A DNA stretch of 64,000 nucleotides from Akkermansia muciniphila (GTDB lineage: Bacteria; Verrucomicrobiota; Verrucomicrobiia; Opitutales; UBA953), in contig CALQLO010000003.1 in NCBI GenBank assembly GCA_943331445.1, positions 66,173-130,172 of the forward strand, in the 5' to 3' direction. The notes below the pieces were generated by a model, which had not been told where the DNA came from, did no database searches, and was given only the letters and a program-made list of their open reading frames with translations. The translations under genes were made by a program, and so were the position numbers. Below, in pieces: positions 8,583-17,271 of this stretch (position 1 is the first letter of the stretch; every line of letters starts with the position of its first letter).

Positions 8583-10019
8583 TCAGCGGGCCTCTTCCGT
8601 GAACCTTTGTTCACGAATAAGCACGATTTTGACGGTTCCTTGGTAGGAAAGGGTCTCTTCCACCTTAAGTCGGATGCGCCGGGCCAATTCCGTCGCCCCA
8701 AAGTCATCCACCTTGCCGGGGTCGACAATGACCCGGAGTTCTCGGCCGGACTGGAAGGCGTAGGCTTCGCGGACCCCCTCAAAGGTGAGGGCGACTTCTT
8801 CCAGACGGCGGACGCGCTGGGCGTAGCTCTCGAGGGTAGAGGAGCGGGCCCCGGGGCGGGAGCCGGAAGCGGCATCGGCGATCATCACCAGTGGCGCGTA
8901 AAGGCTTTCGGCTTCCACCTCGCGGTGGTGGCCGGCGACGGCATTGACGACGCGCAAATCTTCGCCCAATCGGCGGAGGAGGGCGGCCCCAGCGAGGGCG
9001 TGACTACTGCCGGCTTCGGCTTCGATGGCCTTGCCTAAGTCATGCAGCAGGCCGGCGCGCTTGGCGGGAATGGGATCGATGCCGATCTCGGCGGCAAGCA
9101 TCGCGCAGAGCTGCGCAACCTCGATGGAATGGGAGAGCGTATTCTGGTTAGCAGAGAGACGGAAGTGGAGTCGGCCAAGCAGCTCTTCGACCGAGGCATC
9201 CATCGGTGGGAGCCCAAGGTCGCGCACGGCTTCCCGGCCGAGGCGCCGGGCGTGCTTGACAACTTCTTCGCCGGCGGAGCGCACGGAGTCTTCGATCAGT
9301 CCGGGTGAGATCCGTCCGTCTTTCACGATGCGTTCGAGGGCGATGCGGGCGATTTCGCGTCGAACCGGGTCGAAGCAGGAAACAATAGCTAAACCAGGGG
9401 TTTCGTCGATGAGCAGCGTCGCCCCCGTGCTCTGTTCGAAGGTGCGGATGTTGCGACCTTCCCGGCCAATGAGACGTCCCTTCATGTCCTCATTAGGGAG
9501 CGAGACCGAGATCGCCGTGGCGTCTTGCGTCGTCGTCGTCGTGAGGCGTTGCATCGCCGAGAGAAGTTTGCGGCGAGCTTCGTCGTCGATGTCTTGCTCG
9601 ACTTGGTCAAGCAGTCCGCGGCGGAGGTGTTGAGCCTCTTCGCCGTATTCGGCACGCATCTTTTCGAGGAGAAGTTGGCGGGCTTCGTCCGGGGAAATCT
9701 TGCCGAGGCGTTGGAGTTCGCGCTGCAGGAACTCCCTTTGCCGTTCGTTGTCCTTGCGCATCTCATCGGCCGTGCGGGCCTCCTCTTCGGCGGCGGCTTT
9801 CAACCCGGCGGCCTCGCGTTTTTCGGCTTCGGCTTTGGAGTGAAGTTCAGCGGCTTCGACGGTCGCTTCGCGGCGGGCAAAATCGACCTCGGTGCGGAGG
9901 CGGGCATCGCGGATTGAGCCGAGGGTGTTTTCCCGCCACTTGGCGACCGCATAGGCCACGATGGCTCCAGAGGAGAACGCCACGGCGGCGAGGATGCTTT
10001 GGTCGGCTGCCACAGGCAT
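8583..10019 (-). CDS. rny: Ribonuclease Y
   Basis: It has an N-terminal TM segment (ILAAVAFSSGAIVAYAV) and a coiled-coil region. The KH motif is GREGRNIRTFE and the HD domain contains LLHDLGKA...GHH. The ATG at 10019 was chosen over the track start at 10196. Confidence 0.9.
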   Translation of the reverse strand: MPVAADQSILAAVAFSSGAIVAYAVAKWRENTLGSIRDARLRTEVDFARREATVEAAELHSKAEAEKREAAGLKAAAEEEARTADEMRKDNERQREFLQRELQRLGKISPDEARQLLLEKMRAEYGEEAQHLRRGLLDQVEQDIDDEARRKLLSAMQRLTTTTTQDATAISVSLPNEDMKGRLIGREGRNIRTFEQSTGATLLIDETPGLAIVSCFDPVRREIARIALERIVKDGRISPGLIEDSVRSAGEEVVKHARRLGREAVRDLGLPPMDASVEELLGRLHFRLSANQNTLSHSIEVAQLCAMLAAEIGIDPIPAKRAGLLHDLGKAIEAEAGSSHALAGAALLRRLGEDLRVVNAVAGHHREVEAESLYAPLVMIADAASGSRPGARSSTLESYAQRVRRLEEVALTFEGVREAYAFQSGRELRVIVDPGKVDDFGATELARRIRLKVEETLSYQGTVKIVLIREQRFTEEAR

Positions 10020-10134
10020 GTTCGTCGCGGTTTCCGGAGGTCCGGGGTCGATACCCTTGCGTCCAAAGGCCCTTCCGCAAGCCCTTTCGGGAGGTTGACC
10101 TTGCCAGCGGGGGGCAAGGCGGGTTGCCTTCGGC

Positions 10135-11469
10135 ATGTCACTAAACTTTATCGATGAGCCGACTCCGGCCGCGGTCTGGTGGGACAAGTTTGCCAATTAT
10201 TCGTGGCGGACGGACTGGACCCAAGTCGTCCTGATTCTCCTCTTAAGCACGCTTGGGGTGGTTGCCATCCAATCGGCTGGAAGTGCCCGGGAGTCGAACT
10301 TCTACCAGAAGCAGATCTTCTTCATCGCCCTGGGATGGGTGGCTTATTGGGCGGTCTCGTCGGTCGATTACCGCCAGATTCAGCTTTTCGCCCGGCGCAT
10401 TTATATCTGTACGGTGGCCCTGCTTATTCCGGTGGCGATTTGTGCGTTATTGAAGAAGGATTTAGGGTCATTTATTCATAGCACCAACGGAGCCCGTCGC
10501 TGGATGGATTTTGGCACGTTTTCGTTGCAGCCATCCGAATTCGCCAAGGTGGGAGCACTGATTTTCCTCGCGGCAGTGCTAGCCCGATCGCCCATCGGCA
10601 GTTTTCGTGCGAATTGGCGCACGGCAGCTTTAGTGCTCGGGGCTGCGGCAGTCCCGTTTGTCTTGATTTTTGTGCAGCCTGACCTAGGGTCTGCTCTCAT
10701 CTACCTGCCGCTTTCATTCATCCTGCTTTTTGTCGCCGGCCTGACCCATAGGTTCTTCGTGGTGGCCGGGGTGGCTTCCCTTCTGTTAGCCGGAATTGTG
10801 GCACTGGATTTGAAGGAATACGCAGCGAAAGTGACCACTTATTCGCAGGCTCACCCGGAAGACCGTGACCCGGCGCGGGCGGTGCGCGGAACCCACGAGG
10901 CGAAGGCGTGGTTTTTCCTCCTCAAGGATTATCAGCGGGAGCGTATCATGTCTTTTGTCGCCCCCCATGTGATTGATCCGAGGGGCCTAGGGGTGACTTG
11001 GAATGTAAACCAGGCCGTGATTGCGGTTGGGCGTGGGGGCGTCACGGGTCAGGGATTTGGCAATGGCACGCAGGCTCGCTTCGGCTACCTGCCGGAGGCG
11101 GCCGCTCATAATGACTTTTTATTTTCGGGGATGGCCGAGGAAATCGGCCTCACCGGCGGACTCTTGGTGATAGGCGCATTTGCTCTGTTGTTCTGGCGCG
11201 TCGTGCGAACGGCGGCCCGGGCCTCGGATCGTTTTGGTTCCTTGCTGGCTATTGGCGCCGCGATCGTGCTCGGCACGCACGTGGTGGTTAACATCGGCAT
11301 GAACATCAACCTGATGCCCGTCACCGGGGTCCCCCTTCCTTTCCTTAGCTACGGAGGGTCTTTCGTTCTCAGCTGTTTCTTGCTCCTTGGATTAGTCCAG
11401 AGCGTTCACCGGCATTCGTCCGGTGGCGGCGAAGACGGAGGCTCTCCGGCAACCGGCTTAACCGCCTGA
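10135..11469 (+). CDS. FtsW/RodA/SpoVE-family peptidoglycan glycosyltransferase
   Basis: 444 aa and polytopic, with typical SEDS blocks QPSEFAKV, QPDLGSAL, LPEAAAHNDFLFS and PVTGVPLPFLSYGGS. Confidence 0.85.
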   Translation: MSLNFIDEPTPAAVWWDKFANYSWRTDWTQVVLILLLSTLGVVAIQSAGSARESNFYQKQIFFIALGWVAYWAVSSVDYRQIQLFARRIYICTVALLIPVAICALLKKDLGSFIHSTNGARRWMDFGTFSLQPSEFAKVGALIFLAAVLARSPIGSFRANWRTAALVLGAAAVPFVLIFVQPDLGSALIYLPLSFILLFVAGLTHRFFVVAGVASLLLAGIVALDLKEYAAKVTTYSQAHPEDRDPARAVRGTHEAKAWFFLLKDYQRERIMSFVAPHVIDPRGLGVTWNVNQAVIAVGRGGVTGQGFGNGTQARFGYLPEAAAHNDFLFSGMAEEIGLTGGLLVIGAFALLFWRVVRTAARASDRFGSLLAIGAAIVLGTHVVVNIGMNINLMPVTGVPLPFLSYGGSFVLSCFLLLGLVQSVHRHSSGGGEDGGSPATGLTA

Positions 11470-11474
11470 CCGAG

Positions 11475-13196
11475 ATGCCCGACAATACTGAACCCGAAGA
11501 TATTCACGACGAGTCGCCCGAAACCGGCGAACAAACTTCCCCGATCGACCAGCGACAGCTGGCCGACGAGGCGTCCAAGCGCCGCAAAGAGCTCCCGTTG
11601 CTCCAGCGCATCGTCAAGCACTTCTCCAAAGACCGAGCCGTTTACCGCGAGCTCGTCATCAACGCCGAGACGCTCGAGAAGCGGGTCGCACTGCTCACGA
11701 ACGGTGTGCTCGATAAGTTTGAGATCGAGCACAAGGGCGAGAACCGAATGGTCGGCGCGATCTTCAAGGGACGGGTGCAGAATCTCGAATCCGGCCTCAA
11801 GGCCGCCTTCGTGGATATCGGTCAGCCGAAGAACGCTTTCTTACATTACTGGGACATGCTCCCGGCGGCCAATGACTCCCAGGTTGAGTTTATTCGTGAT
11901 AACGAATCCGCCGCGCAGAAGGATCGCAAGGCTCGCTATCAGGCGAAGGATATTCCGCAGCTCTTCCCGTCTGGCTCTGACATTGTCATCCAGGTAGTGA
12001 AGGACCAGATCGGCACCAAGGGTCCCCGTTCGACGACGAATATTGCCCTGCCGGGTCGTTACCTCGTCCTGATGCCATTCAGTGGTGCGTGCGGCGTCTC
12101 CCGTAAGATTGAGGAGGCCCCTGAGCGCGAGCGCCTGAAGGACATCCTCCGTTCACTGACCATCCCCGAGGGCATGGGTGTCATCATCCGTACCGCCGGT
12201 GAAGGTAAGCAGGCGCGCTGGTTCGTCCGCGACTTGCATGTGCTGCTCAAGTGCTGGCAGGCGATCGTCGAGAAAATCAATGCTCCCGACCGCAAGCCCG
12301 TGTTGCTCTACCAAGAGCCCGGCCTCATCGAGCGCACCGTCCGCGACTTCCTCACTGAAGAAGTCGACCGCATTCTCGTCGATAACCCTGAGGACTTTAA
12401 ATTAGTCCAAGACCTCGTCGGCGTCGTCTCGCCGCGTTCCCGTTCACGGGTCGAGCTCTACAACGACCCGATTCCCGTCTTCGAGCGCTACAATATCGAG
12501 CGGCAGATTGAACAGCTTTTCCAGCGTCGTGTCCCGCTCCCGAGCGGTGGCGAAATCGTCATCGATGAGACGGAGGCGCTTACCGCTATCGACGTCAATA
12601 CCGGCGGACATCGCGGTAAGGACGGCGCGAAGGATGGCAACTTTATCACCCAGGCGAATCTCGAGGCGGTGACCGAAGCGGCCCGCCAGATCAAGCTCCG
12701 CAATCTCGGTGGCCTCATCATGATCGACACGATCGACATGAAGAACCCGAAGGACCGGAAGAAGGTCTTCGACACGCTCCGCGAAGCGATGGAAGACGAT
12801 CGGGCGAAGCACCAGATTCTACCCATCTCTCAGCTCGGCGTGTTGCAGATGACGCGTCAGCGTCACACGGAGTCCAATACGACCTCCATGTACACGGCCT
12901 GCCCGCATTGTCAGGGGCGTGGCATCGTGAAGAACCCTCGTACGGTGTCCGTTGAGATTCAGCGCAAGCTGCTGAGCACGATTCGGCGCCTCCGAGAGGC
13001 CGTCGGCCCGGATAAGGAACTGGAGATCAATATCCTCCTGCACCCCATCAACCTCGAGCGGATCATCACCGAGGATCGGGAGTTCTTCCGCGACCTGATG
13101 AAGTCCTGCAAGGTTCGCCTCGGCACCAAACCGGATCCGACCTACAGTATCGAAGCCTTCAAGCTCTTCGATGGTGCGGGTAAGGAACTGCGCTGA
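11475..13196 (+). CDS. rng: Ribonuclease E/G family endoribonuclease (catalytic half only)
   Basis: It has an S1-like segment (GAIFKGRVQNLESGLKAAFVDIG) and a DNase I-like block (IVIDETEALTAIDVNTG). The Zn-link is CPHCQGRG. There is no long Arg-rich C-terminal scaffold. Confidence 0.85.
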   Translation: MPDNTEPEDIHDESPETGEQTSPIDQRQLADEASKRRKELPLLQRIVKHFSKDRAVYRELVINAETLEKRVALLTNGVLDKFEIEHKGENRMVGAIFKGRVQNLESGLKAAFVDIGQPKNAFLHYWDMLPAANDSQVEFIRDNESAAQKDRKARYQAKDIPQLFPSGSDIVIQVVKDQIGTKGPRSTTNIALPGRYLVLMPFSGACGVSRKIEEAPERERLKDILRSLTIPEGMGVIIRTAGEGKQARWFVRDLHVLLKCWQAIVEKINAPDRKPVLLYQEPGLIERTVRDFLTEEVDRILVDNPEDFKLVQDLVGVVSPRSRSRVELYNDPIPVFERYNIERQIEQLFQRRVPLPSGGEIVIDETEALTAIDVNTGGHRGKDGAKDGNFITQANLEAVTEAARQIKLRNLGGLIMIDTIDMKNPKDRKKVFDTLREAMEDDRAKHQILPISQLGVLQMTRQRHTESNTTSMYTACPHCQGRGIVKNPRTVSVEIQRKLLSTIRRLREAVGPDKELEINILLHPINLERIITEDREFFRDLMKSCKVRLGTKPDPTYSIEAFKLFDGAGKELR

Positions 13197-13216
13197 CGTA
13201 GCGGACAGCTTTAACG

Positions 13217-13252
13217 AAAAGACCCCGGGGCTATCCCCGGGGTCTTTGTTTT
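13217..13252. terminator. Bidirectional Rho-independent terminator between rng and the ATPase gene
   Basis: Sequence aaaa-GACCCCGGGG-ctat-CCCCGGGGTC-tttgtttt: a 10-bp GC stem flanked by an A-run and a T-run. Confidence 0.8.
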
Positions 13253-15179
13253 AGCGCTTAGGCCGGTAGCCCAGGAGCCGCAGGCCGTTAAGGCAGACGA
13301 GGACCGTACTACCTTCGTGCACCGCGACGCCTAGGGTCAGGGGGGCCTGATTGAAGACCACGTAGGCGGCCATGCCGAGAGCGGCACCGATGGAGACAAT
13401 GATATTGAAGCGGATGGCCGCGCGGGCGGTGCGGCTGAGCTCAATCGCGTCTACTAAGCGGCCGATGCGGTCATCGGTCAGGACAAGGTCGCTCGATTCC
13501 AGGGCGGCATCACTCCCGCGACCACCCATGCCGATGGCGACGTCAGCTGCCGCCAGGCTCGGCGCATCGTTGACGCCATCGCCAACCATGGCGACCACAT
13601 GGCCTTCCGCCGAATAGCGACGGATAGCAGCCATTTTGGCGTCCGGGGTCAGGGCGGCGGCATAACTCTGCACTCCGACTTGCTTGGCCGCGGCCGAGGC
13701 GGCTTCCTCGCGGTCGCCGGTGAGCATGACGGTGCGGATGCCACGCTGATGCAGGGCGTCGAGGGTTGGGGCGCTCTCGGCGCGGATCTGGTCGACCAGA
13801 GTGGCCCGAACGACGACAGTGCCATCGGACGCCCAGACTTCGCTCACAATGGCACCTGCGGCCATTGGGGCGGGCGGCAGGTCGTGCCCGCCGACGAACT
13901 CGCGGGTTCCGACGCTCCAGCGGGTGCCGGCGACGGAGCCGGCGACCCCTTGGCCGGGGGAATTAGAAAGGCCGACCACCTGAATCTGCACTGCGCCTTC
14001 TTTCTGGCAGGCCTTGACCACGCCAGCGGCGAAGGGATGGGTCGTGCCAGACTCCAGTGAGAGGAGGGCGTTGAGTGCGCGTTGCCGGTCGGCGCCAGCA
14101 GGGAAGACTTCCAGTGCTGCCACTTCTGGCTCACCCGCGGTGAGCGTGCCGGTTTTGTCGAAGCAGACGCAGTCGACGTCGGCCAGTCGCTCCACGGCGG
14201 CACCCCCGCGGAAAAGGATGCCGTTACGCGCGCCGGCGGCGATGGCCGCGAGCACGGCGGAGGGGACCGAGAGTACTAAGGCGCAGGGGCTCAGCACCAC
14301 CAGTAAGGTCATCGCCCGGTAGAGCGGCGCCGCTTCTTTGACGGCGTCCGCCGGGCTGGTGAACTTTAGGAAGACGAAGAAGAGGGCGGAGGCGGATAGC
14401 GTGAAGATGGCGTAGGTATCGCCCCATCGGTCGATGGTGCGCTGGGCGGGTGCTTTACTCTCCTGGGCTTCGCGGATGAGGCGAACGATCCGTTGCAGGG
14501 CACTATCCACTTCAGCCTTAGTCACTGCCACGATCAGGCGCCCCCACGTGTTCAGGGTGCCGCCTGCGACCTCCGATCCAGGCTTCTTGGCGGCGGGTTT
14601 GGCTTCCCCGGTGAGGTTGGATTCATCCACAGCGCTTTCCCCGGTGAGCACCTTGCCGTCTGCTGGGATGAGTTCGCCTGGCAGGATGACCACGCGGTCA
14701 CCTGGGCGTAGTGAGGCCACGGAGATTTCCGTTTCGATGTCGTTTTCGCCCAGCAGACGGGCCTTTTTAGGTGCACGGTCGAGTAGGGCGTCGATGGCGC
14801 CGCGCGTACGATCCATCGCGAAATGCTCGAGGGCGCCCGCCGTGGAGAAGAGGAAGAGAAGGAGGGCGCCCTCGGCGCGAGCATCGACGACCCACGCGCC
14901 TGCGGCGACGACCAGCATGAGGAGGTGAACGTCGACGCGGCGCTGCTTCAGCGAGGCCCATCCGTCGATCGCCGCGTCCCATCCGCCCGCCAGGCAGGAG
15001 GCGCCGACGAGCAGGAGTGCCCAGTCGCTCTCCGGGCCGCCGAAGTGCTTTGCAAGCAATGACAGCAGGCCAAGGACGCCGCTGGCGGCGGCCAGGAGGG
15101 CGAGCTTTTTCCACTCACCCGCTTCTTCGTGATCATGGTCGGCGGGATGATCGTGCATCACATCAATCTGTGCGCCCAA
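13251..15179 (-). CDS. Heavy-metal-translocating P-type ATPase with a P1B-4-like signature (Co/Zn/Fe-type)
   Basis: It carries DKTGTLT, GDGVNDAP and TGD. The TM motif is SPC (VVLSPCALV) rather than CPC, and HEGSTVLV lies in the last TM. The N-terminus is His-rich (MHDHPADHDHEE) with no HMA domain. The start could be 15179 or the ATG at 15158. Confidence 0.9.
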   Translation of the reverse strand: MGAQIDVMHDHPADHDHEEAGEWKKLALLAAASGVLGLLSLLAKHFGGPESDWALLLVGASCLAGGWDAAIDGWASLKQRRVDVHLLMLVVAAGAWVVDARAEGALLLFLFSTAGALEHFAMDRTRGAIDALLDRAPKKARLLGENDIETEISVASLRPGDRVVILPGELIPADGKVLTGESAVDESNLTGEAKPAAKKPGSEVAGGTLNTWGRLIVAVTKAEVDSALQRIVRLIREAQESKAPAQRTIDRWGDTYAIFTLSASALFFVFLKFTSPADAVKEAAPLYRAMTLLVVLSPCALVLSVPSAVLAAIAAGARNGILFRGGAAVERLADVDCVCFDKTGTLTAGEPEVAALEVFPAGADRQRALNALLSLESGTTHPFAAGVVKACQKEGAVQIQVVGLSNSPGQGVAGSVAGTRWSVGTREFVGGHDLPPAPMAAGAIVSEVWASDGTVVVRATLVDQIRAESAPTLDALHQRGIRTVMLTGDREEAASAAAKQVGVQSYAAALTPDAKMAAIRRYSAEGHVVAMVGDGVNDAPSLAAADVAIGMGGRGSDAALESSDLVLTDDRIGRLVDAIELSRTARAAIRFNIIVSIGAALGMAAYVVFNQAPLTLGVAVHEGSTVLVCLNGLRLLGYRPKR

Positions 15180-15227
15180 CTCGGCGGGTCAACCTCGCGT
15201 GAGCTCGCGAAGCGTATCGATTTCATG

Positions 15228-15267
15228 TTTACGCATCGTCGTGTGAACGGATTTTTTACGCATCGTC
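15228..15267. promoter_or_regulatory. Perfect 13-nt direct repeat TTTACGCATCGTC x2 in the divergent promoter region
   Basis: The copies are at 15228-15240 and 15255-15267 (27 nt start to start). They lie between the ATPase start and the RHH gene. Confidence 0.4.
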
Positions 15268-15297
15268 TGACGCGCTTCCGCGACACGAAAGTTTCCT

Positions 15298-15313
15298 CTT
15301 GCGCAAGCGCAAG
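15298..15313. promoter_or_regulatory. 10-bp perfect palindrome CTTGCGCAAG followed by a repeated half-site (CGCAAG)
   Basis: The sequence reads cttgcgcaagcgcaag, directly upstream of the probable GTG start of the RHH gene. Confidence 0.3.
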
Positions 15314-15349
15314 TTATGCTTATCAATCTTACTAAGAGTTAACCGCAAC

Positions 15350-15745
15350 GTGACGAACCGAACCGAAACCCCGAGCGAAAGTCTCATCACAGTGTCGCTT
15401 CCCCCGAAGCTCCACTCTGAAGCAGTCGCCTTTCAGCATCGGTCCGGATTCAGCACCTTGAGCGAAGTGATCCGTCACGCGCTCGATCGTTTCGATGACT
15501 CCCGTCCTTCCCTGGAGACCACCCGGTCTCGCCAGGTTTCTTTCCGCGTACCGTCGGAGCTCCGTACTCGTATCACCCGTCAGGCGCGTAACGCCCGGGT
15601 GAGCGTGGGGCGAATCGTCAGGGTGGCGCTTCAGGCGTTGCCCTCAAACCCAACAACGATCCAAAAAAAGGACACAACTATGGCTAAAAAGAAGGCTGCT
15701 GCTAAGAAGAGCGCCAAGAAGGCCACCAAAGCTAAGAAGAAGTAA
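15350..15745 (+). CDS. Single-chain tandem ribbon-helix-helix (CopG/Arc/TraY-like) DNA-binding protein with a Lys/Ala-rich histone-H1-like tail
   Basis: There are two RHH-like units: ITVSLPPKLHSEAVAFQHRSGFSTLSEVIRHALDRF and VSFRVPSELRTRITRQARNARVSVGRIVRVALQAL. The tail is MAKKKAAAKKSAKKATKAKKK. The start is uncertain; the track gives TTG 15299 and I prefer GTG 15350. Confidence 0.5.
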   Translation: MTNRTETPSESLITVSLPPKLHSEAVAFQHRSGFSTLSEVIRHALDRFDDSRPSLETTRSRQVSFRVPSELRTRITRQARNARVSVGRIVRVALQALPSNPTTIQKKDTTMAKKKAAAKKSAKKATKAKKK

Positions 15746-15805
15746 TTCTTCCTAGTCTTTTCCGTCCTTCGGGGCGGATGGCGCCGGCACCCCCGGTTAT
15801 AACAA

Positions 15806-15836
15806 GGACCCTCGCAAGGGGGTCCTTTTCTTTTTC
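15806..15836 (+). terminator. Rho-independent terminator after the RHH gene
   Basis: GGACCC-tcgcaagg-GGGTCC followed by TTTTCTTTTT. Confidence 0.75.
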
Positions 15837-15916
15837 CCCACATTCCCGGAGGTGCGGTTAGCGTATAGGCTTGAAATCGCCCCCCCGAACACGGTTTCTT
15901 ATCGGTCTTAGACCTC

Positions 15917-17170
15917 ATGAGCACCCCTGCATCCGGCCGTATCACTATCGCTAACGGCAAACTGACTGTCCCCGACCATCCGGTCGTTCCCTTTATCGAG
16001 GGCGACGGTACTGGCCCGGACATCTGGCGCGCCTCCGTTCGAGTTCTCGATGCCGCGGTCGCCAAGGCTTACGCTGGCAAGCGCAAGATCGAGTGGCTCG
16101 AAGTCCTCGCCGGCGAGAAGTCTTTTAAGCAGACGGGCGATTGGTTGCCGGAAGCGACCTTGACCGCCTTCCGTGATTACCTCGTGGGCATCAAGGGCCC
16201 GCTGACCACTCCCACCGGTGGTGGCATCCGCTCGCTGAATGTTGCCCTGCGTCAGCAGCTCGATCTCTACGTCTGCCTCCGTCCCGTGCAGTGGTTCACT
16301 GGGGTGCCTTCGCCGGTGAAGAATCCGGGTAAGGTCGACATGGTGATCTTCCGCGAGAACACTGAGGACATCTACGCGGGTATCGATTTCGAGGCTGGGT
16401 CCGAAGTTGCTTTGAAGACGCTCGATTTCATTAAGACCAACTTCCCGAAAGAGTTTAAGAAAATCCGCTTCGGTGCCGAGCAGCCGGAGACGGTGGGCTT
16501 AGGCATCAAGCCCGTCTCTCGCCCTGGCTCCGAGCGCCTGATTCGCTCCGCACTCCAGTACGCCATCGCGAACAAGCGCAAGTCGCTCACCCTCGTCCAT
16601 AAGGGAAATATCATGAAGTACACCGAGGGTGCCTTCATGAAGTGGGGCTATGATCTCGCCAAGAGTGAGTTCGGTGCTGAAGAGATTGATGGCGGTCCTT
16701 GGTGCAAGATTCCGGAAGGCAAGCCTGGTGCGGGCCTGATTATTAAGGACGCCATCGCCGACATTACCCTCCAGCAGATTCTCACCCGTCCGACCGATTT
16801 CGACGTCATCGCCACGCTGAATCTCAACGGCGATTACCTCTCTGACGCCTTGGCGGCGCAGGTGGGCGGCATCGGGATCGCCCCGGGCGGCAATATCAAT
16901 TACCTGACCGGCCACGCCATCTTCGAGGCGACCCACGGTACGGCCCCCAAGTATGCCAACAAGGATGTCGTCAATCCGGGTTCGGTCGTGCTCTCCGGCG
17001 AGATGATGCTCCGCTATATGGGTTGGATTGAAGCCGCGGATCTCGTGCTCAAGGGTCTCAATGGCGCCATTGGTGGTGGCCGCGTGACTTACGACTTCGC
17101 GCGCCAGATGCAGGGTGCCACGGAAATTAAGTGCTCGGAGTTCGGCGACGCGATCATCGCATCGATGTAA
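15917..17170 (+). CDS. icd: NADP-dependent isocitrate dehydrogenase
   Basis: 417 aa with [13 protein letters not shown] and [23 protein letters not shown], typical of the prokaryotic homodimeric enzyme. Confidence 0.95.
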   Translation: MSTPASGRITIANGKLTVPDHPVVPFIEGDGTGPDIWRASVRVLDAAVAKAYAGKRKIEWLEVLAGEKSFKQTGDWLPEATLTAFRDYLVGIKGPLTTPTGGGIRSLNVALRQQLDLYVCLRPVQWFTGVPSPVKNPGKVDMVIFRENTEDIYAGIDFEAGSEVALKTLDFIKTNFPKEFKKIRFGAEQPETVGLGIKPVSRPGSERLIRSALQYAIANKRKSLTLVHKGNIMKYTEGAFMKWGYDLAKSEFGAEEIDGGPWCKIPEGKPGAGLIIKDAIADITLQQILTRPTDFDVIATLNLNGDYLSDALAAQVGGIGIAPGGNINYLTGHAIFEATHGTAPKYANKDVVNPGSVVLSGEMMLRYMGWIEAADLVLKGLNGAIGGGRVTYDFARQMQGATEIKCSEFGDAIIASM

Positions 17171-17191
17171 GCGAGCTGAGTTTTTTACATT

Positions 17192-17242
17192 AACCTGTTG
17201 GCAATCCCCCTAGTCCTTGGGGCTTGCCAACAGGTTTTTTTT
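17192..17242 (+). terminator. Rho-independent terminator after icd
   Basis: ACCTGTTGGCAA ... TTGCCAACAGGT forms a 12-bp stem followed by TTTTTTTT. Confidence 0.8.
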
Positions 17243-17271
17243 GGGCAAAACGGAGAGTCACAATCCTATCC

